Source: Candidatus Dojkabacteria bacterium (GTDB lineage: Bacteria; Patescibacteriota; Dojkabacteria; J137). Taken from it: 64,000 bases of DNA. The DNA lies in contig AP024679.1 of NCBI GenBank assembly GCA_025999215.1, positions 779,916 through 843,915 on the forward strand. Direction: 5' to 3'. How positions within the stretch are numbered: the first letter of the stretch is position 1; the number at the start of each line of letters is the position of its first letter. This document shows positions 29,278 to 39,871 of the stretch, in pieces. The notes beneath the pieces were generated by a model. The model was not told the DNA's origin and did no database searches. It was given only the letters and a program-made list of their open reading frames with translations. A program made the position numbers and the translations under genes.

Positions 29278-31662
29278 TCAAACTACAATGCTAATTATTT
29301 TGTTGGGAACAAAAATTATTTTTTGAGGTTTGTCACTTAAATAGTTTTGAAATTTAGGATTTTTCAATACTTCATTCCAAACTTCATCCTGAGTAGAATT
29401 TGCTCTAACTTGCACTATACCTCTAGATTTTCCATTAATTTGAACCGCAATTTCAATAACTTCATCCACTATTTGAGAATTATCAAAATCAGGCCACTTT
29501 TGTGTATGTATTGAATCTTTATATCCAAGCCGACTCCATAATTCCTCAGATAAAAATGGAGCAGTTGGCGATAAAAGAATTAAAAATTCTTCCCAAACTT
29601 GCTGATTAATTTTTTGACACTTTTGTAAAAAGTTAGAAAATTCCATTAATTTTGCACAATATGTATTAAAACTCATGTTTTCCATGTCTTGAGTTATTTT
29701 TGCTATAAGTTTATTGATTTCAGAATTTTGCTGCGAATCTTCATCCTTACTAACTTTGTATTGAAGATTCCAAACTTTTGATAAAAATCTGTGTACTCCT
29801 GCAACTGCACGATCATTCCAAGCTTTATCTTGCTCAAGAGGTCCCATAAACATAAGGTAAGTTCTTACTGTGTCGGCACCATATTTTTCAATAACATCAG
29901 TGGGATTAATTACATTTCCCCAACGCTTACTCATCTTTCTGCCATCTGGTCCTTTAACTAATCCTTGGTGTCTATGAACTAAAAAAGGTTCATCAAAATC
30001 AATTATACCTTCATCAAAAAGTACTTTTGTGAAAAATCTTGAATACAATAAATGTCCGTTAACATGCTCTGGCCCTCCAAGATAAAAATCAACTGGCATC
30101 CACTTTTTTAGATTTTCTTGAGATGCAAATGCTTCGTCATTTTGTGGATCAATATATCTAAAATAGTACCAACTTGAACACATAAATGTATCAAGAGTAT
30201 CTACTTCTCTTCTCCATCCTTTACCATATTTCTCTTCAACCCCATCTTGAAAGCTTGGAGAGTATGTTAGAGGAGATTGTCCTGTTGGCATAAAATCCAC
30301 ATCATCAGGAAGCAATACAGGCAAATCATCATCCTTGACTGGGTGCGGATTGCCATCTGGATCATAAACAATCGGAATTGGAGCTCCCCAAAACCTTTGC
30401 CTCGAAACTGACCAATCACGAAGTTTGTAAGTTATTTTTGCATATCCTAAGTTATTTTTTTCTAATTCAGCAATAATTTTCTCTTTTGCATCATCTACAC
30501 TCAAACCATTCAAAAAGTCTGAATTAACTAATTTACCATCCCCTTCAAAAGGCAAATCTTGATCTGAATCAATCACCCTTTTAATTAAAAGATTAAATTT
30601 TTGAGCAAATTCAAAATCTCTTTCATCATGCGCAGGCACACCCATAATAGCTCCTGTACCATAACTACTCAAAACATAATCAGCAACAAAAATAGGTATT
30701 TGCTCGCCAGTGAAAGGATGAATTCCATAAATACCTTCAAGTAATACTCCAGTCTTTTCTTTTTGTTGTAATCTCTCTAATTCTGTTTTTTTCAAAGAAT
30801 TTTCAACATAATTTTCTACTTCGTTGTAATTTTTAATATGACCTTTTAATAAATTTGCCACCTCATGTTCTGGAGAGACTACTAAAAAACTGACGCCAAA
30901 TAGCGTATCCGGTCGAGTTGTAAATACCTCAAGATCATAATTTAAAACTTTAAATTTAACTATTGCACCACTGCTTTTACCTATCCAGTCTCGCTGTCGC
31001 TTGATGGTTTCAGCTGGCCAATCAACTTTATCAAGATCATTGTAAAGTCGTTCAGCATAATCTGTGATTTTGAGATACCATTGCTTCATTTTTTTAAGCT
31101 CAACTGTTGCTCCACACCTTTCACATGTGCCCTTTTCAGTAACTTGTTCATTTGCTAATACAGTTTTATCATTTGGGCACCAGTTTACAGTTTGATTTGC
31201 CCTATATGCTAAACCTCTTTTGTACATCAGCAGGAAAAACCACTGTGTCCATTTGTAGTAATCTGGATTGTGTGACCCAACCTCTCTACTCCAATCAACA
31301 GAAATGCCTAAAGATTTAATTTGCTCCCTGAAATTATCAATGGCACTATCTGTATTTTTTCGTGGATGAATGTTTGTTTTTATCGCATAATTTTCAGCTG
31401 GCAACCCAAAAGCATCCCAACCAATTACTTGTAATACATCAAACTTCCTCAACCTTTTGTATCTTGCCAAAATATCGCAACCCGTATAAACCTCAGAATG
31501 CCCCATATGTAATCCCGAACCAGATGGATAAGGTAATTGAGGAAGAATGTAATACTTATTTTTTGGCACAAAATCATTTGGCACCTCATAAATTTTTGAA
31601 TCTTCCCAAATTTTTCTCCACTTATTTTCAAATAACTTTGGGTTGTATTTATCTTTTTCCAT
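29278..31662 (-). CDS. leuS: Leucyl-tRNA synthetase
   Basis: HMGH and KMSKR motifs; 794 aa. Confidence 0.9.
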   Translation of the reverse strand: MEKDKYNPKLFENKWRKIWEDSKIYEVPNDFVPKNKYYILPQLPYPSGSGLHMGHSEVYTGCDILARYKRLRKFDVLQVIGWDAFGLPAENYAIKTNIHPRKNTDSAIDNFREQIKSLGISVDWSREVGSHNPDYYKWTQWFFLLMYKRGLAYRANQTVNWCPNDKTVLANEQVTEKGTCERCGATVELKKMKQWYLKITDYAERLYNDLDKVDWPAETIKRQRDWIGKSSGAIVKFKVLNYDLEVFTTRPDTLFGVSFLVVSPEHEVANLLKGHIKNYNEVENYVENSLKKTELERLQQKEKTGVLLEGIYGIHPFTGEQIPIFVADYVLSSYGTGAIMGVPAHDERDFEFAQKFNLLIKRVIDSDQDLPFEGDGKLVNSDFLNGLSVDDAKEKIIAELEKNNLGYAKITYKLRDWSVSRQRFWGAPIPIVYDPDGNPHPVKDDDLPVLLPDDVDFMPTGQSPLTYSPSFQDGVEEKYGKGWRREVDTLDTFMCSSWYYFRYIDPQNDEAFASQENLKKWMPVDFYLGGPEHVNGHLLYSRFFTKVLFDEGIIDFDEPFLVHRHQGLVKGPDGRKMSKRWGNVINPTDVIEKYGADTVRTYLMFMGPLEQDKAWNDRAVAGVHRFLSKVWNLQYKVSKDEDSQQNSEINKLIAKITQDMENMSFNTYCAKLMEFSNFLQKCQKINQQVWEEFLILLSPTAPFLSEELWSRLGYKDSIHTQKWPDFDNSQIVDEVIEIAVQINGKSRGIVQVRANSTQDEVWNEVLKNPKFQNYLSDKPQKIIFVPNKIISIVV

Positions 31663-31678
31663 AAAGCATTATAGCAGA

Positions 31679-32464
31679 TTAATCTAATTTTGTAATAATT
31701 ATAGGCTCATCATCAACAATAACAGTGTGTTCAAACATTGCTGCTTTTTCACCATCTTTGGTACGTAAACTCCAACCATCACGCTCCAAAATTAACTGGG
31801 CTGATCCTTTTGAAATTTGGTTCTCAACTGTTATAGCTAGTCCTTTTGGAAGTGTTAGTCCAACTCCTTTTTTACCGTAAGATAAAATTTTTGGATCAGC
31901 GTGCAAACCACCATGTTCTTTACGTCCAATACCATGACTTACATAGTTTGTAACATAATTATATCCTTCAAGTTCGGCTATAGTTTGAAGCGCATTGCTA
32001 ATGTCACCCGTTTTGTTTCCAGGTTTAGCTTGTTTTATTGCTGTATCAACACATAATCTTGCTGTTCTAATTAATTTTGCATCCTCTTCTGTAACGTCTC
32101 CAATGCCAAAAGTTACACAATGATCCGTATAAAAACCTTTATAAACAATTCCAAAATCTATTTTTACAACATCACCATCTACAAATTCTTTTTTGGAGAA
32201 AGGAATTGTATGCAGTATAAAGTCATTTACACTGACACAAACATGCCCAGGAAAAGGATTTTTTGGGCCAGGTACGCCATAAAAAGCTGATTGAACACCA
32301 TATTTTTTACAAAGAAATTTTGCTCTTTCATTAATCTCGAAAGGTGTTGAACCTTTAACCGTAATATTTATTAACTCTTTAAGGATTTTTACAGATATTT
32401 CTCCAGCCTTTTTGTATGTGGATATTTCCTTTTGGGAGGTATATACATTTAAAAATTTCCTCAT
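31679..32464 (-). CDS. map: Methionine aminopeptidase type I
   Basis: Pita-bread fold motifs; 261 aa; placed after secY as in the spc operon. Confidence 0.85.
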   Translation of the reverse strand: MRKFLNVYTSQKEISTYKKAGEISVKILKELINITVKGSTPFEINERAKFLCKKYGVQSAFYGVPGPKNPFPGHVCVSVNDFILHTIPFSKKEFVDGDVVKIDFGIVYKGFYTDHCVTFGIGDVTEEDAKLIRTARLCVDTAIKQAKPGNKTGDISNALQTIAELEGYNYVTNYVSHGIGRKEHGGLHADPKILSYGKKGVGLTLPKGLAITVENQISKGSAQLILERDGWSLRTKDGEKAAMFEHTVIVDDEPIIITKLD

Positions 32465-32494
32465 GATTAAAAGTAATTTAAACTCGCTTTAATT

Positions 32495-32731
32495 TTACTT
32501 TTTAGTTAGTAATCCATCAATAGCTTGAGCTAATTCAAAATCTTTTGAAGTTAGCTTTTTTTGATCATGAGTGGTTATTTTTAAAACTACTCTGTTATAA
32601 ACGTTATATATTTCAGGGTGATGATTAAATTTTTCTGCTACTAACGCTACTTGTACGAGAAAAGCAAATGCATCTTTAAAATCGTCAAACTTAAATTCTT
32701 TTTCTAATTTATTAGCCTTTTCTATCCACAT
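32495..32731 (-). CDS. Pterin-4a-carbinolamine dehydratase (DCoH-like)
   Basis: FNHHPEI motif; 78 aa. Confidence 0.7.
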   Translation of the reverse strand: MWIEKANKLEKEFKFDDFKDAFAFLVQVALVAEKFNHHPEIYNVYNRVVLKITTHDQKKLTSKDFELAQAIDGLLTKK

Positions 32732-32733
32732 TT

Positions 32734-34323
32734 TTAATTCTTAATAAACCTTTCATAATTTTTTGAAACTCTCAGAGAGTTGTACTGTCTTACTGTTTCG
32801 AGTATAACACTTACAGCAATTAAAATGCTTGTACCACCGATTCCTGAAAGTAATGCAAGGTTTGTTCCTTCATATCCAACTATGAAATTTCTTGCTATTA
32901 TTGGTAAAAGTGCAACAAATCCTAAAAATATAGATCCTGCGAAAGAAATTCTTAAAAGTACTGAAGAAATATATTTCTCTGTAGATTTTCCTGGTCTGAT
33001 ACCCGGAATAAATGCGCCGGATTTTTGAAGGTTTTCAGCTGTCTCCTCTGGCTTAAGTTGAATAAAAGCATAAAACACTCCAAATAGAACCACCAAAATG
33101 AAATAAAAAATCGTGTAATACAAGTCATTTCTATCCACAACAAATGCTTGATCACCGACAGTTGCATACAAAAAGCTATTTTCAAGCCAGTTAACAATTT
33201 CTTGAGCTCTTTCTTGCCCAATGTTATTAGCCAAAATATCATTTATTAAAGTTGCAAATAATTGAGGTAGCGACATTAAAGCCGATGCAAAAATTATTGG
33301 TAAAACTCCAGTTAGTGTCAATTTAATTGGAAGTGATGATGATTCACCTCCAGCTCCCCTAGATGCGTATTTTATCTGAATGTTTCTTGCCGATTCGTTA
33401 ACAAAAACAATCATAACAACCATTATCAAAGCTCCTAAAATTACTAAAACGATTGATATAAATTGAGGTTCAGTTAGCACATTAAAAGAACCTTGAAGCA
33501 AACCATCAAGAATATTACCTAAATTTAATTGTCCAAAATCTTGCTTAATTAAAGCAGGCATCAGAGATATAATTCCAATGGTAATAATGATGGAAGAACC
33601 GTTACCTATTCCATATTCTGATACTGCTTCTGCTAGCCACACTAGCAACATTGAGCCTGCAGTCAGCACAGTTGCCATAAAAATTATTTTCATTAGTGAT
33701 GGTAAATTAGCCCCTGCTGGTGTATCAATTAAATATAACTCACCTCCGCTTGAAGAAAGATTCGTCTTTGAAATTAAAACTATGTAGCCTGCCGAGTAAA
33801 CAAAACTTAATAATACTGTTAAATATCTAGTATACTGGTTTATAACTGCCATTCCCTGCTGTCCCTCTTTTGATAACTCAGTTAACTTAGGTATTGCAGG
33901 AGTTAATAATTGTAAAATAATAGAAGAATTAATATAAGCTAGAAGTCCCAAACCAACAATGCTAGGTGAATCTAATTGTCCTCCAGTAAATATTGCTAAT
34001 AGGTAAGTTATCTCAGATGTTGAGGAACCTCCAAAAACTTCTCTATAAGCATCCATGTTTATTCCTGGCAAGGGAACAGATGCTAATCCTCTATAAATAA
34101 CAATTATAAAAATCGTAAATAAAATTTTTTGTAAAATGTTCTTATTTGTTACTGTATCTAAAACTAAACTTCCAACTCTGGTCTTAGAAAAAAAGCGAAA
34201 AGGAGTAAAAAAAATTCTAAAAATTTTTCGTAAAATACCTGGCATTTTAAAGCGGTTAGCTTTTTTATTTGAGGAAACTAAGTTGCTAGAATCCAAAAAT
34301 TGAGAATAATCATTCTTTTTCAT
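32734..34323 (-). CDS. secY: Preprotein translocase SecY, with an N-terminal extension or a mis-called start
   Basis: LFTIFIIVIYRGLASVPLPGI...; 10 TM segments; sits at the end of the spc cluster. Confidence 0.9.
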   Translation of the reverse strand: MKKNDYSQFLDSSNLVSSNKKANRFKMPGILRKIFRIFFTPFRFFSKTRVGSLVLDTVTNKNILQKILFTIFIIVIYRGLASVPLPGINMDAYREVFGGSSTSEITYLLAIFTGGQLDSPSIVGLGLLAYINSSIILQLLTPAIPKLTELSKEGQQGMAVINQYTRYLTVLLSFVYSAGYIVLISKTNLSSSGGELYLIDTPAGANLPSLMKIIFMATVLTAGSMLLVWLAEAVSEYGIGNGSSIIITIGIISLMPALIKQDFGQLNLGNILDGLLQGSFNVLTEPQFISIVLVILGALIMVVMIVFVNESARNIQIKYASRGAGGESSSLPIKLTLTGVLPIIFASALMSLPQLFATLINDILANNIGQERAQEIVNWLENSFLYATVGDQAFVVDRNDLYYTIFYFILVVLFGVFYAFIQLKPEETAENLQKSGAFIPGIRPGKSTEKYISSVLLRISFAGSIFLGFVALLPIIARNFIVGYEGTNLALLSGIGGTSILIAVSVILETVRQYNSLRVSKNYERFIKN

Positions 34324-34350
34324 TTACTGTTTTAAATTTTAAATACAATT

Positions 34351-34830
34351 TTATTCTACTTTGCCGCCTGCTTTTTCAACTACCTCTTTTACTTTTTTGG
34401 AAACTTTCACCCCTTTGAAACTGATTTTTTTATCAATGTCTTTATCGAAAAGAATTTTTACATTGCCTCTTTTGTGTGAAAATTTTTTAGTAAATCCAAG
34501 CTCTTTTAATTTGTCAAAATCAACTATCTCACCATCTTTAACCCTTTGAGCAATGTCACTCAACTTAATTTCAACTTTTCTTAATCTAGATTTGAAAAAA
34601 TTAACATTTACATTCTTACCAGCACCACCCAAGCCTCTCAATTTGGGTAATCTTCTAGACAAAGGGTTCTGTCCTCCTTCAAAACCAGGAATTGGTTTTT
34701 TATAACCTGACCTTGCTTTTTGTCCTTTGGTTCCCCTTCCGGTAGTGTGCCCACCTTTTCCAGAACCATAGCCCCTTCCAACTTGCTTGGCTTTCTTTGT
34801 TGTTTTTGGTGATGGTAAATTATTAATCAT
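34351..34830 (-). CDS. rplO: 50S ribosomal protein L15
   Basis: GRGYGSGKGGHTTGRGTKGQKARSG. Confidence 0.85.
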   Translation of the reverse strand: MINNLPSPKTTKKAKQVGRGYGSGKGGHTTGRGTKGQKARSGYKKPIPGFEGGQNPLSRRLPKLRGLGGAGKNVNVNFFKSRLRKVEIKLSDIAQRVKDGEIVDFDKLKELGFTKKFSHKRGNVKILFDKDIDKKISFKGVKVSKKVKEVVEKAGGKVE

Positions 34831-34832
34831 AG

Positions 34833-35360
34833 TTATAATTTTGTTGACCTTAACAATTGTAATGCTTCAATAGTTGCATAAGCGTTAGTAATTTTATTAT
34901 TAGTTCCTAAAATTTTTCCTAACATGTCCTTAATACCCGCTAACTCTGCAATTATACGCATAGATGAACCAGCAACTATTCCAGTTCCAGGAGATGCGGG
35001 TTTAATAATAACTTTAGCTGCTTTCATTTTATGATCAACAGCATGGGGTATTGTGTTACCAACAAGCTGAACATGAACTAAATTTTTCTTCGCTTGCCTT
35101 ATTGCTTTTTGTTGCGCAGCTCTTATGTCTCCAGCTTTTCCTATTCCAATCCCCACTCTACCATTTTTATCTCCAACTGCCACAAATACACTCATTCTGA
35201 GACGTCTTCCACCTTTGTACATCCTAGTTACTCGCCTCACTTCAATGATTCTGTGATCAAAGTTATCTTCAACGTCTTGTTCAGCTTGAACAATGTCTTG
35301 ATCTTTTAGTTTTTTGTTCTCTTCCATATTTTTTACTTTTACTTTATTAATTTCAGCCAT
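34833..35360 (-). CDS. rpsE: 30S ribosomal protein S5
   Basis: RVTRMYKGGRRLRMSVFVAVGD. Confidence 0.9.
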   Translation of the reverse strand: MAEINKVKVKNMEENKKLKDQDIVQAEQDVEDNFDHRIIEVRRVTRMYKGGRRLRMSVFVAVGDKNGRVGIGIGKAGDIRAAQQKAIRQAKKNLVHVQLVGNTIPHAVDHKMKAAKVIIKPASPGTGIVAGSSMRIIAELAGIKDMLGKILGTNNKITNAYATIEALQLLRSTKL

Positions 35361-35374
35361 AAAAAAATTATAAT

Positions 35375-35719
35375 TTAAACTTTAATTCCAGCTTCTCTTA
35401 AACCATCTGCAATAGCTTTAACACGACCATGGTACTTAAAACCACCTCTGTCAAATACCACTGATTTATATTTTTTATCTTGTAATAATTTACCAAATGC
35501 TTTACCAAGTTCAAATGCTCTCTCTGTCTTTGTTCCTTTAAAATTCTTATCTGACATACTTGTTATTACTCTCATTCCTTCATCATCAATTGCCTGAACA
35601 TAATTATACTTGTTAGATTTAAATACCAAAACTCTAGGTCTCTCACTGGTGCCAGAGATTTTTTTTCTAACTCTTAAATGTCTTCTTATTCGGTTTTTAA
35701 TTTTAATTTCTGGTTTCAT
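35375..35719 (-). CDS. rplR: 50S ribosomal protein L18
   Basis: 114 aa; RPRVLVFKSNKY. Confidence 0.85.
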   Translation of the reverse strand: MKPEIKIKNRIRRHLRVRKKISGTSERPRVLVFKSNKYNYVQAIDDEGMRVITSMSDKNFKGTKTERAFELGKAFGKLLQDKKYKSVVFDRGGFKYHGRVKAIADGLREAGIKV

Positions 35720-35734
35720 ATTTTAAAAAATCAA

Positions 35735-36289
35735 TTAAGCTGTAGATTTAGCTGATTTTCTTCTAACATTTTCATCTGAATACCTTATACCCTTACCTTT
35801 GTAAGGTTCAGGTTTTCTAAAACTTCTTATTTTTGCTGCAACTTCACCAACCAACTGCTTTGAAATTCCACTAACTTTTATATTTGTTTGATCATTGATT
35901 TCAACAGTAACTCCTTGTGGAGGTTCATACTCAATTTTGTGCGAAAAACCCAAAGAAAATACTACTTTATTTCCTTGAAGTTCAGCTCTGTAACCAATCC
36001 CAACTATTGTCAATTCTTTGGAGTACCCTTCAGTTACTCCTTGAATCATATTTGCTATTAATGACCTATAAAGTCCATGAAAAGATTTGTTTTGTTTTGT
36101 ATCATTATCTCTTGTAACCTTGACAATATTATCTTCAACAACTACATTAACTCCACGTCTTAAAGATTCTGTTAATGTGCCTTTCGGACCGGTAACTTCA
36201 ACCTCCTTGTAGTAAAATCTACCGCCATCTCTAACCGTTACTGTAACACCATCTGGAACTTTTATTTCTAATCTTCCAATTCTTGACAT
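35735..36289 (-). CDS. rplF: 50S ribosomal protein L6 (start probably MSRIG...; the ORF track extends it to 36322)
   Basis: MSRIGRLEIKVPDGV. Confidence 0.85.
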   Translation of the reverse strand: MSRIGRLEIKVPDGVTVTVRDGGRFYYKEVEVTGPKGTLTESLRRGVNVVVEDNIVKVTRDNDTKQNKSFHGLYRSLIANMIQGVTEGYSKELTIVGIGYRAELQGNKVVFSLGFSHKIEYEPPQGVTVEINDQTNIKVSGISKQLVGEVAAKIRSFRKPEPYKGKGIRYSDENVRRKSAKSTA

Positions 36290-36290
36290 A

Positions 36291-36680
36291 TTAATAAATC
36301 TCACAAATATATTCTCCACCAACTTTTAATTGTTTAGCTTCTTTGTCTGTAATCAACCCTTTTGGAGTTGAATATATCCCAACACCCATGCCATTCTTCA
36401 CAGCTCTAATTTTTCGATATCCTCTATATTTTCTTACACCTGGTTTTGAAATTCTCTTAAGTGCCCGTATTGCTGGCTCTCCATTTACATACTTTAATCT
36501 TAAAACTAGCTCATTCTGTGGCTCTTGCTCAACAACTTCGTAATCAAGTATAAACCCTTCACGCTTCAAAATCTCAGCTATTCCAACCAACATATTAGTT
36601 GAAGGTACTCTAACCTCTTTATTTCTCCTCATGAGAGAATTTCTGATCCTTGTTAAAAAATCTGATATTGTATCATTCAT
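36291..36680 (-). CDS. rpsH: 30S ribosomal protein S8
   Basis: DTISDFLTRIRNS. Confidence 0.9.
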   Translation of the reverse strand: MNDTISDFLTRIRNSLMRRNKEVRVPSTNMLVGIAEILKREGFILDYEVVEQEPQNELVLRLKYVNGEPAIRALKRISKPGVRKYRGYRKIRAVKNGMGVGIYSTPKGLITDKEAKQLKVGGEYICEIY

Positions 36681-36683
36681 AAT

Positions 36684-36896
36684 TTACCAACTAATTTTTT
36701 TAATTCCTGGCAATTCACCAGATAAGGCTTTTTGTCTAAAACAAATTCTACAAAGTTGTACTTTTCTAATATAACCACGAGGTCTACCACACAATTTACA
36801 TCTGTTTCGAAGTCTTACTGGATAGACTTTTGTACTACCTTTCAGCACTCTTTCTCTTCTTTTTTTTTCTTTTGATATTGCTGCTTTACTTGCCAT
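36684..36896 (-). CDS. rpsN: 30S ribosomal protein S14, zinc-binding type Z
   Basis: CKLCGR...CRICFR; 70 aa. Confidence 0.85.
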   Translation of the reverse strand: MASKAAISKEKKRRERVLKGSTKVYPVRLRNRCKLCGRPRGYIRKVQLCRICFRQKALSGELPGIKKISW

Positions 36897-36935
36897 AAAC
36901 TCCTAATTATAAATTTATTTTAAAATATATTCAAG

Positions 36936-37490
36936 TTATTTTGCTTTTCTAAAAGGCATTCCTAACTTTTCTAATAAAATTTTTGCATGTTCATCATTAT
37001 CTGCTGTGGTATTTATAACCACTTGCAGAGATCTAATTTTTTGTAATTTATTTATATCAATCTCCGGAAACACAGTATGCTCTACAATACCTACTGTGTA
37101 ATTACCTCGGCCATCAAATGATTTATCTGAAACACCCCTAAAGTCCTTAACTCTTGGAAAAACTATGTTTACCAATTTATAGTAAAAATCCCACATTCTA
37201 TCTTTTCTCAAAGTCACTTTTACTCCATTTGGCATACCTGCTCTAATTTTAAAGTTAGCTATAGCCTTCTTTGCTTTAGTTACTACTGGTTTTTGTCCTG
37301 TTATTGTTGCTATGATTTCAGACATTTCTTCAATAACACCAGAGTTGTTTTTATATTCTGAACCTATACCAGCATTAACCACTATTTTTTCCAAAGTCGG
37401 CACCGCCATATCATTCTCAATACCCAAAAGCTTTTTGAGCTCAGGCTTTATTTCATTTTCGTATTTTACTTGTAATTCTGACTTATCCAT
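36936..37490 (-). CDS. rplE: 50S ribosomal protein L5
   Basis: 184 aa; spc order. Confidence 0.85.
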   Translation of the reverse strand: MDKSELQVKYENEIKPELKKLLGIENDMAVPTLEKIVVNAGIGSEYKNNSGVIEEMSEIIATITGQKPVVTKAKKAIANFKIRAGMPNGVKVTLRKDRMWDFYYKLVNIVFPRVKDFRGVSDKSFDGRGNYTVGIVEHTVFPEIDINKLQKIRSLQVVINTTADNDEHAKILLEKLGMPFRKAK

Positions 37491-37491
37491 A

Positions 37492-37836
37492 TTATTTATC
37501 TAAAACTTTTCCAGATTTTTTTGATATTCTAAATTTTTTCCCAGTTTTTTCATCTATCTTAAACCCAATTCTTGTTGGTGAATTAACACTTTCATCAAAA
37601 TACATAACATTAGAAATATCAATTGGTTTCTCAATCTCAATTATTCCTCCAGGTATACCAAATTGAGGATTAGGCTTCTGTGCTCTTTTAACTATGTTAA
37701 CTCCCTTAACAACAACTTTCATAACCGAATCACCTTTTTTATTCTTAGTTTTAACAATTTTCAATACCTCCCCTTTCTTTCCAGCGTCTTTACCTCTCAT
37801 AACTTGTACCGTATCTCCAACTTTTATCTTATTCAT
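37492..37836 (-). CDS. rplX: 50S ribosomal protein L24
   Basis: KOW motif KVGDTVQVMRGKDAGKKG. Confidence 0.85.
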   Translation of the reverse strand: MNKIKVGDTVQVMRGKDAGKKGEVLKIVKTKNKKGDSVMKVVVKGVNIVKRAQKPNPQFGIPGGIIEIEKPIDISNVMYFDESVNSPTRIGFKIDEKTGKKFRISKKSGKVLDK

Positions 37837-37861
37837 ATGTTAAATATTTAAACTTCAAATA

Positions 37862-38245
37862 TTATAATACTTCAGGTGCCAATGAAATTAATTTATTAAA
37901 CCCCTTATCTTTAAGTTCTCTTGCAACAGGCCCAAAAACACGAGTTCCAACCGGTTGCAATGAATTTTTGTCAATAATTGCAACAGCGTTTTCATCAAAC
38001 CTAATCCACGATCCATCCTTCCTCCTATACTCTTTTTTTGTTCTGACTACTACCGCATGTACCTTATCACCTTTTTTATAATTCCCATTTGGTAATGCTC
38101 TTTTTACCGAACAACTTAAAATATCTCCAACATAGCCAAATTTTTTAAATGTCATACCTTTTTTTCTTCCTAAAACCTGTATAACCATTACCTCTTTTGC
38201 ACCGGAATTATCTGCAACTTTTAATCTACTTTGTCTCTGAATCAT
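37862..38245 (-). CDS. rplN: 50S ribosomal protein L14
   Basis: [17 protein letters not shown]. Confidence 0.9.
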   Translation of the reverse strand: MIQRQSRLKVADNSGAKEVMVIQVLGRKKGMTFKKFGYVGDILSCSVKRALPNGNYKKGDKVHAVVVRTKKEYRRKDGSWIRFDENAVAIIDKNSLQPVGTRVFGPVARELKDKGFNKLISLAPEVL

Positions 38246-38251
38246 AATCCA

Positions 38252-38518
38252 CTACTTAACTTTTGATATAAATTTCCAAGCTTTTCTTTTTGATACCTTT
38301 GGCATTTCCTCTATCAATACAACAGTACCAACAGGCAAATCTTCAACACTACCTTCATAGTGAGCTAAATAATTTTTGTGCTTCTTAATAATCTTTTCAT
38401 AAAGAGGATGCCTAAACTTTGCCTCAACTCGAACCTTAATAGTTTTAAGGCCTGAGTGTTTCACTACCTCTCCTATCATTCTTCGTTTTTTGCTATTTAC
38501 TTTTTTATCAGCTTCCAT
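38252..38518 (-). CDS. rpsQ: 30S ribosomal protein S17
   Basis: 88 aa; position in the S10 operon. Confidence 0.8.
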   Translation of the reverse strand: MEADKKVNSKKRRMIGEVVKHSGLKTIKVRVEAKFRHPLYEKIIKKHKNYLAHYEGSVEDLPVGTVVLIEEMPKVSKRKAWKFISKVK

Positions 38519-38519
38519 A

Positions 38520-38747
38520 TTATTTCTTTAAGTTTTGTAATGTTAATTTTCTAGCTATCTCTTTTTTAATTTTTTTCAATTTTGATGTATCGTTTTCTAC
38601 ACCTGTTTTTACATCAATATAAAGCTTTTGCAAAGCCTCCCTTAATTTTTGTAGACTCATTTTAGCATATTCATCACCAACTTTAGTATTATCTTTTGTA
38701 GTTTTACTATCTTTATTTTTTTGTTCTTTTGTTTTTTTGTCTGACAT
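38520..38747 (-). CDS. rpmC: 50S ribosomal protein L29 with a K-rich N-terminal extension
   Basis: ...MSLQKLREALQKLYIDV...; position. Confidence 0.7.
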   Translation of the reverse strand: MSDKKTKEQKNKDSKTTKDNTKVGDEYAKMSLQKLREALQKLYIDVKTGVENDTSKLKKIKKEIARKLTLQNLKK

Positions 38748-38750
38748 AAC

Positions 38751-39158
38751 CTATTTCTTAGATATAATTCTTGTTTTTAAAGGAAATTTTTGTGCGCCCC
38801 TTCTGAGCGCTTCTTTTGCAATATCTTCAGGCAAACCTCCAATTTCAAAAATAATCCTTCCTGGTTTAACCACCGCTACATATTCTTTAACTGGACCTTT
38901 ACCACTTCCTCTTGTTACTTCAGAACCTTTCTCGGTAACTGGTTTATGAGGAAATATCCCCAACCACAATTTTCCACGCCTTTTTGTGTATCTAGCTATC
39001 GCCTGTCTGGCTGCTTCAATCTGCCTTCCGTTTACCCAACTTCTTCCCAAAGCTTGTAACGCATAATCTCCATAAGCAATCTCTGTACCTCCTTTTGAGT
39101 TACCTTTCATTCTTCCTCTTTGCTCTTTTTTGTGTTTTGTTTTCTTTGGTTGTAACAT
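38751..39158 (-). CDS. rplP: 50S ribosomal protein L16
   Basis: 135 aa; LGIFPHKPVT. Confidence 0.9.
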   Translation of the reverse strand: MLQPKKTKHKKEQRGRMKGNSKGGTEIAYGDYALQALGRSWVNGRQIEAARQAIARYTKRRGKLWLGIFPHKPVTEKGSEVTRGSGKGPVKEYVAVVKPGRIIFEIGGLPEDIAKEALRRGAQKFPLKTRIISKK

Positions 39159-39168
39159 AATCTAAACT

Positions 39169-39825
39169 TTAATCAATGCTATACGAATTTTTTTCACCTT
39201 TATTAATCCAAACTTTTATGCCATGCTTCCCTGCTGCAGGCACTTGCGCCTCTACAAAAGCATAATCAATATTTTTTCTAATCGTATGCCTCGGCACATT
39301 ACCTTCCTGATACTTTTCTATATTTGCAATTTCAGCTCCTCTAATTCTACCTCTAATCCAAATGGCTATTCCTTCAATTGAATTTGTTGCCATGGCTGCA
39401 TCAATAGCTCTTTGTGCCGCAATTTTAGGCAAAACCCTTCTTTCACATTGCATTGCTATACTTTCTGCTACTAACTTAGCGACAATTTCAGGTTTTTTAA
39501 CCTCAAGTATTTTAATATCAACTGGTTGTTTTGCTACCCTTGATAATTCTGTTCTCAATTTGTTGATTGCTTCACCACCTTTTCCAATTACAACTCCAGG
39601 CCTTGCCACTTCCACATCAATTGAAATCTTGCTCATAGACCTTTTAATAACAACAGACGCAACGCCTGCATTTTTAATTTTTTCTTCGATTACTTTTCTT
39701 AATTCATTGTCACTCAAAAACAGATCGCCATAGTTTGTTCCTTTGGCAAACCATCGAGATTTCCAATTTTTATTAATTCCCAATCTAAATCCAATTGGGT
39801 GTACTTTATGCGCACCTCTTGCCAT
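39169..39825 (-). CDS. rpsC: 30S ribosomal protein S3
   Basis: KH domain; 218 aa. Confidence 0.9.
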   Translation of the reverse strand: MARGAHKVHPIGFRLGINKNWKSRWFAKGTNYGDLFLSDNELRKVIEEKIKNAGVASVVIKRSMSKISIDVEVARPGVVIGKGGEAINKLRTELSRVAKQPVDIKILEVKKPEIVAKLVAESIAMQCERRVLPKIAAQRAIDAAMATNSIEGIAIWIRGRIRGAEIANIEKYQEGNVPRHTIRKNIDYAFVEAQVPAAGKHGIKVWINKGEKNSYSID

Positions 39826-39871
39826 ATAAATTATTTTAAATTTTAAATGAAACTGCCATTGATTATATCAG

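Noticed and set aside
35735-36322. 32-nt overlap between rplF and rpsH as called in the ORF track
   Set aside because: The L6 start is almost certainly the internal MSRIGRL Met (36289). The longer call is an upstream in-frame extension.
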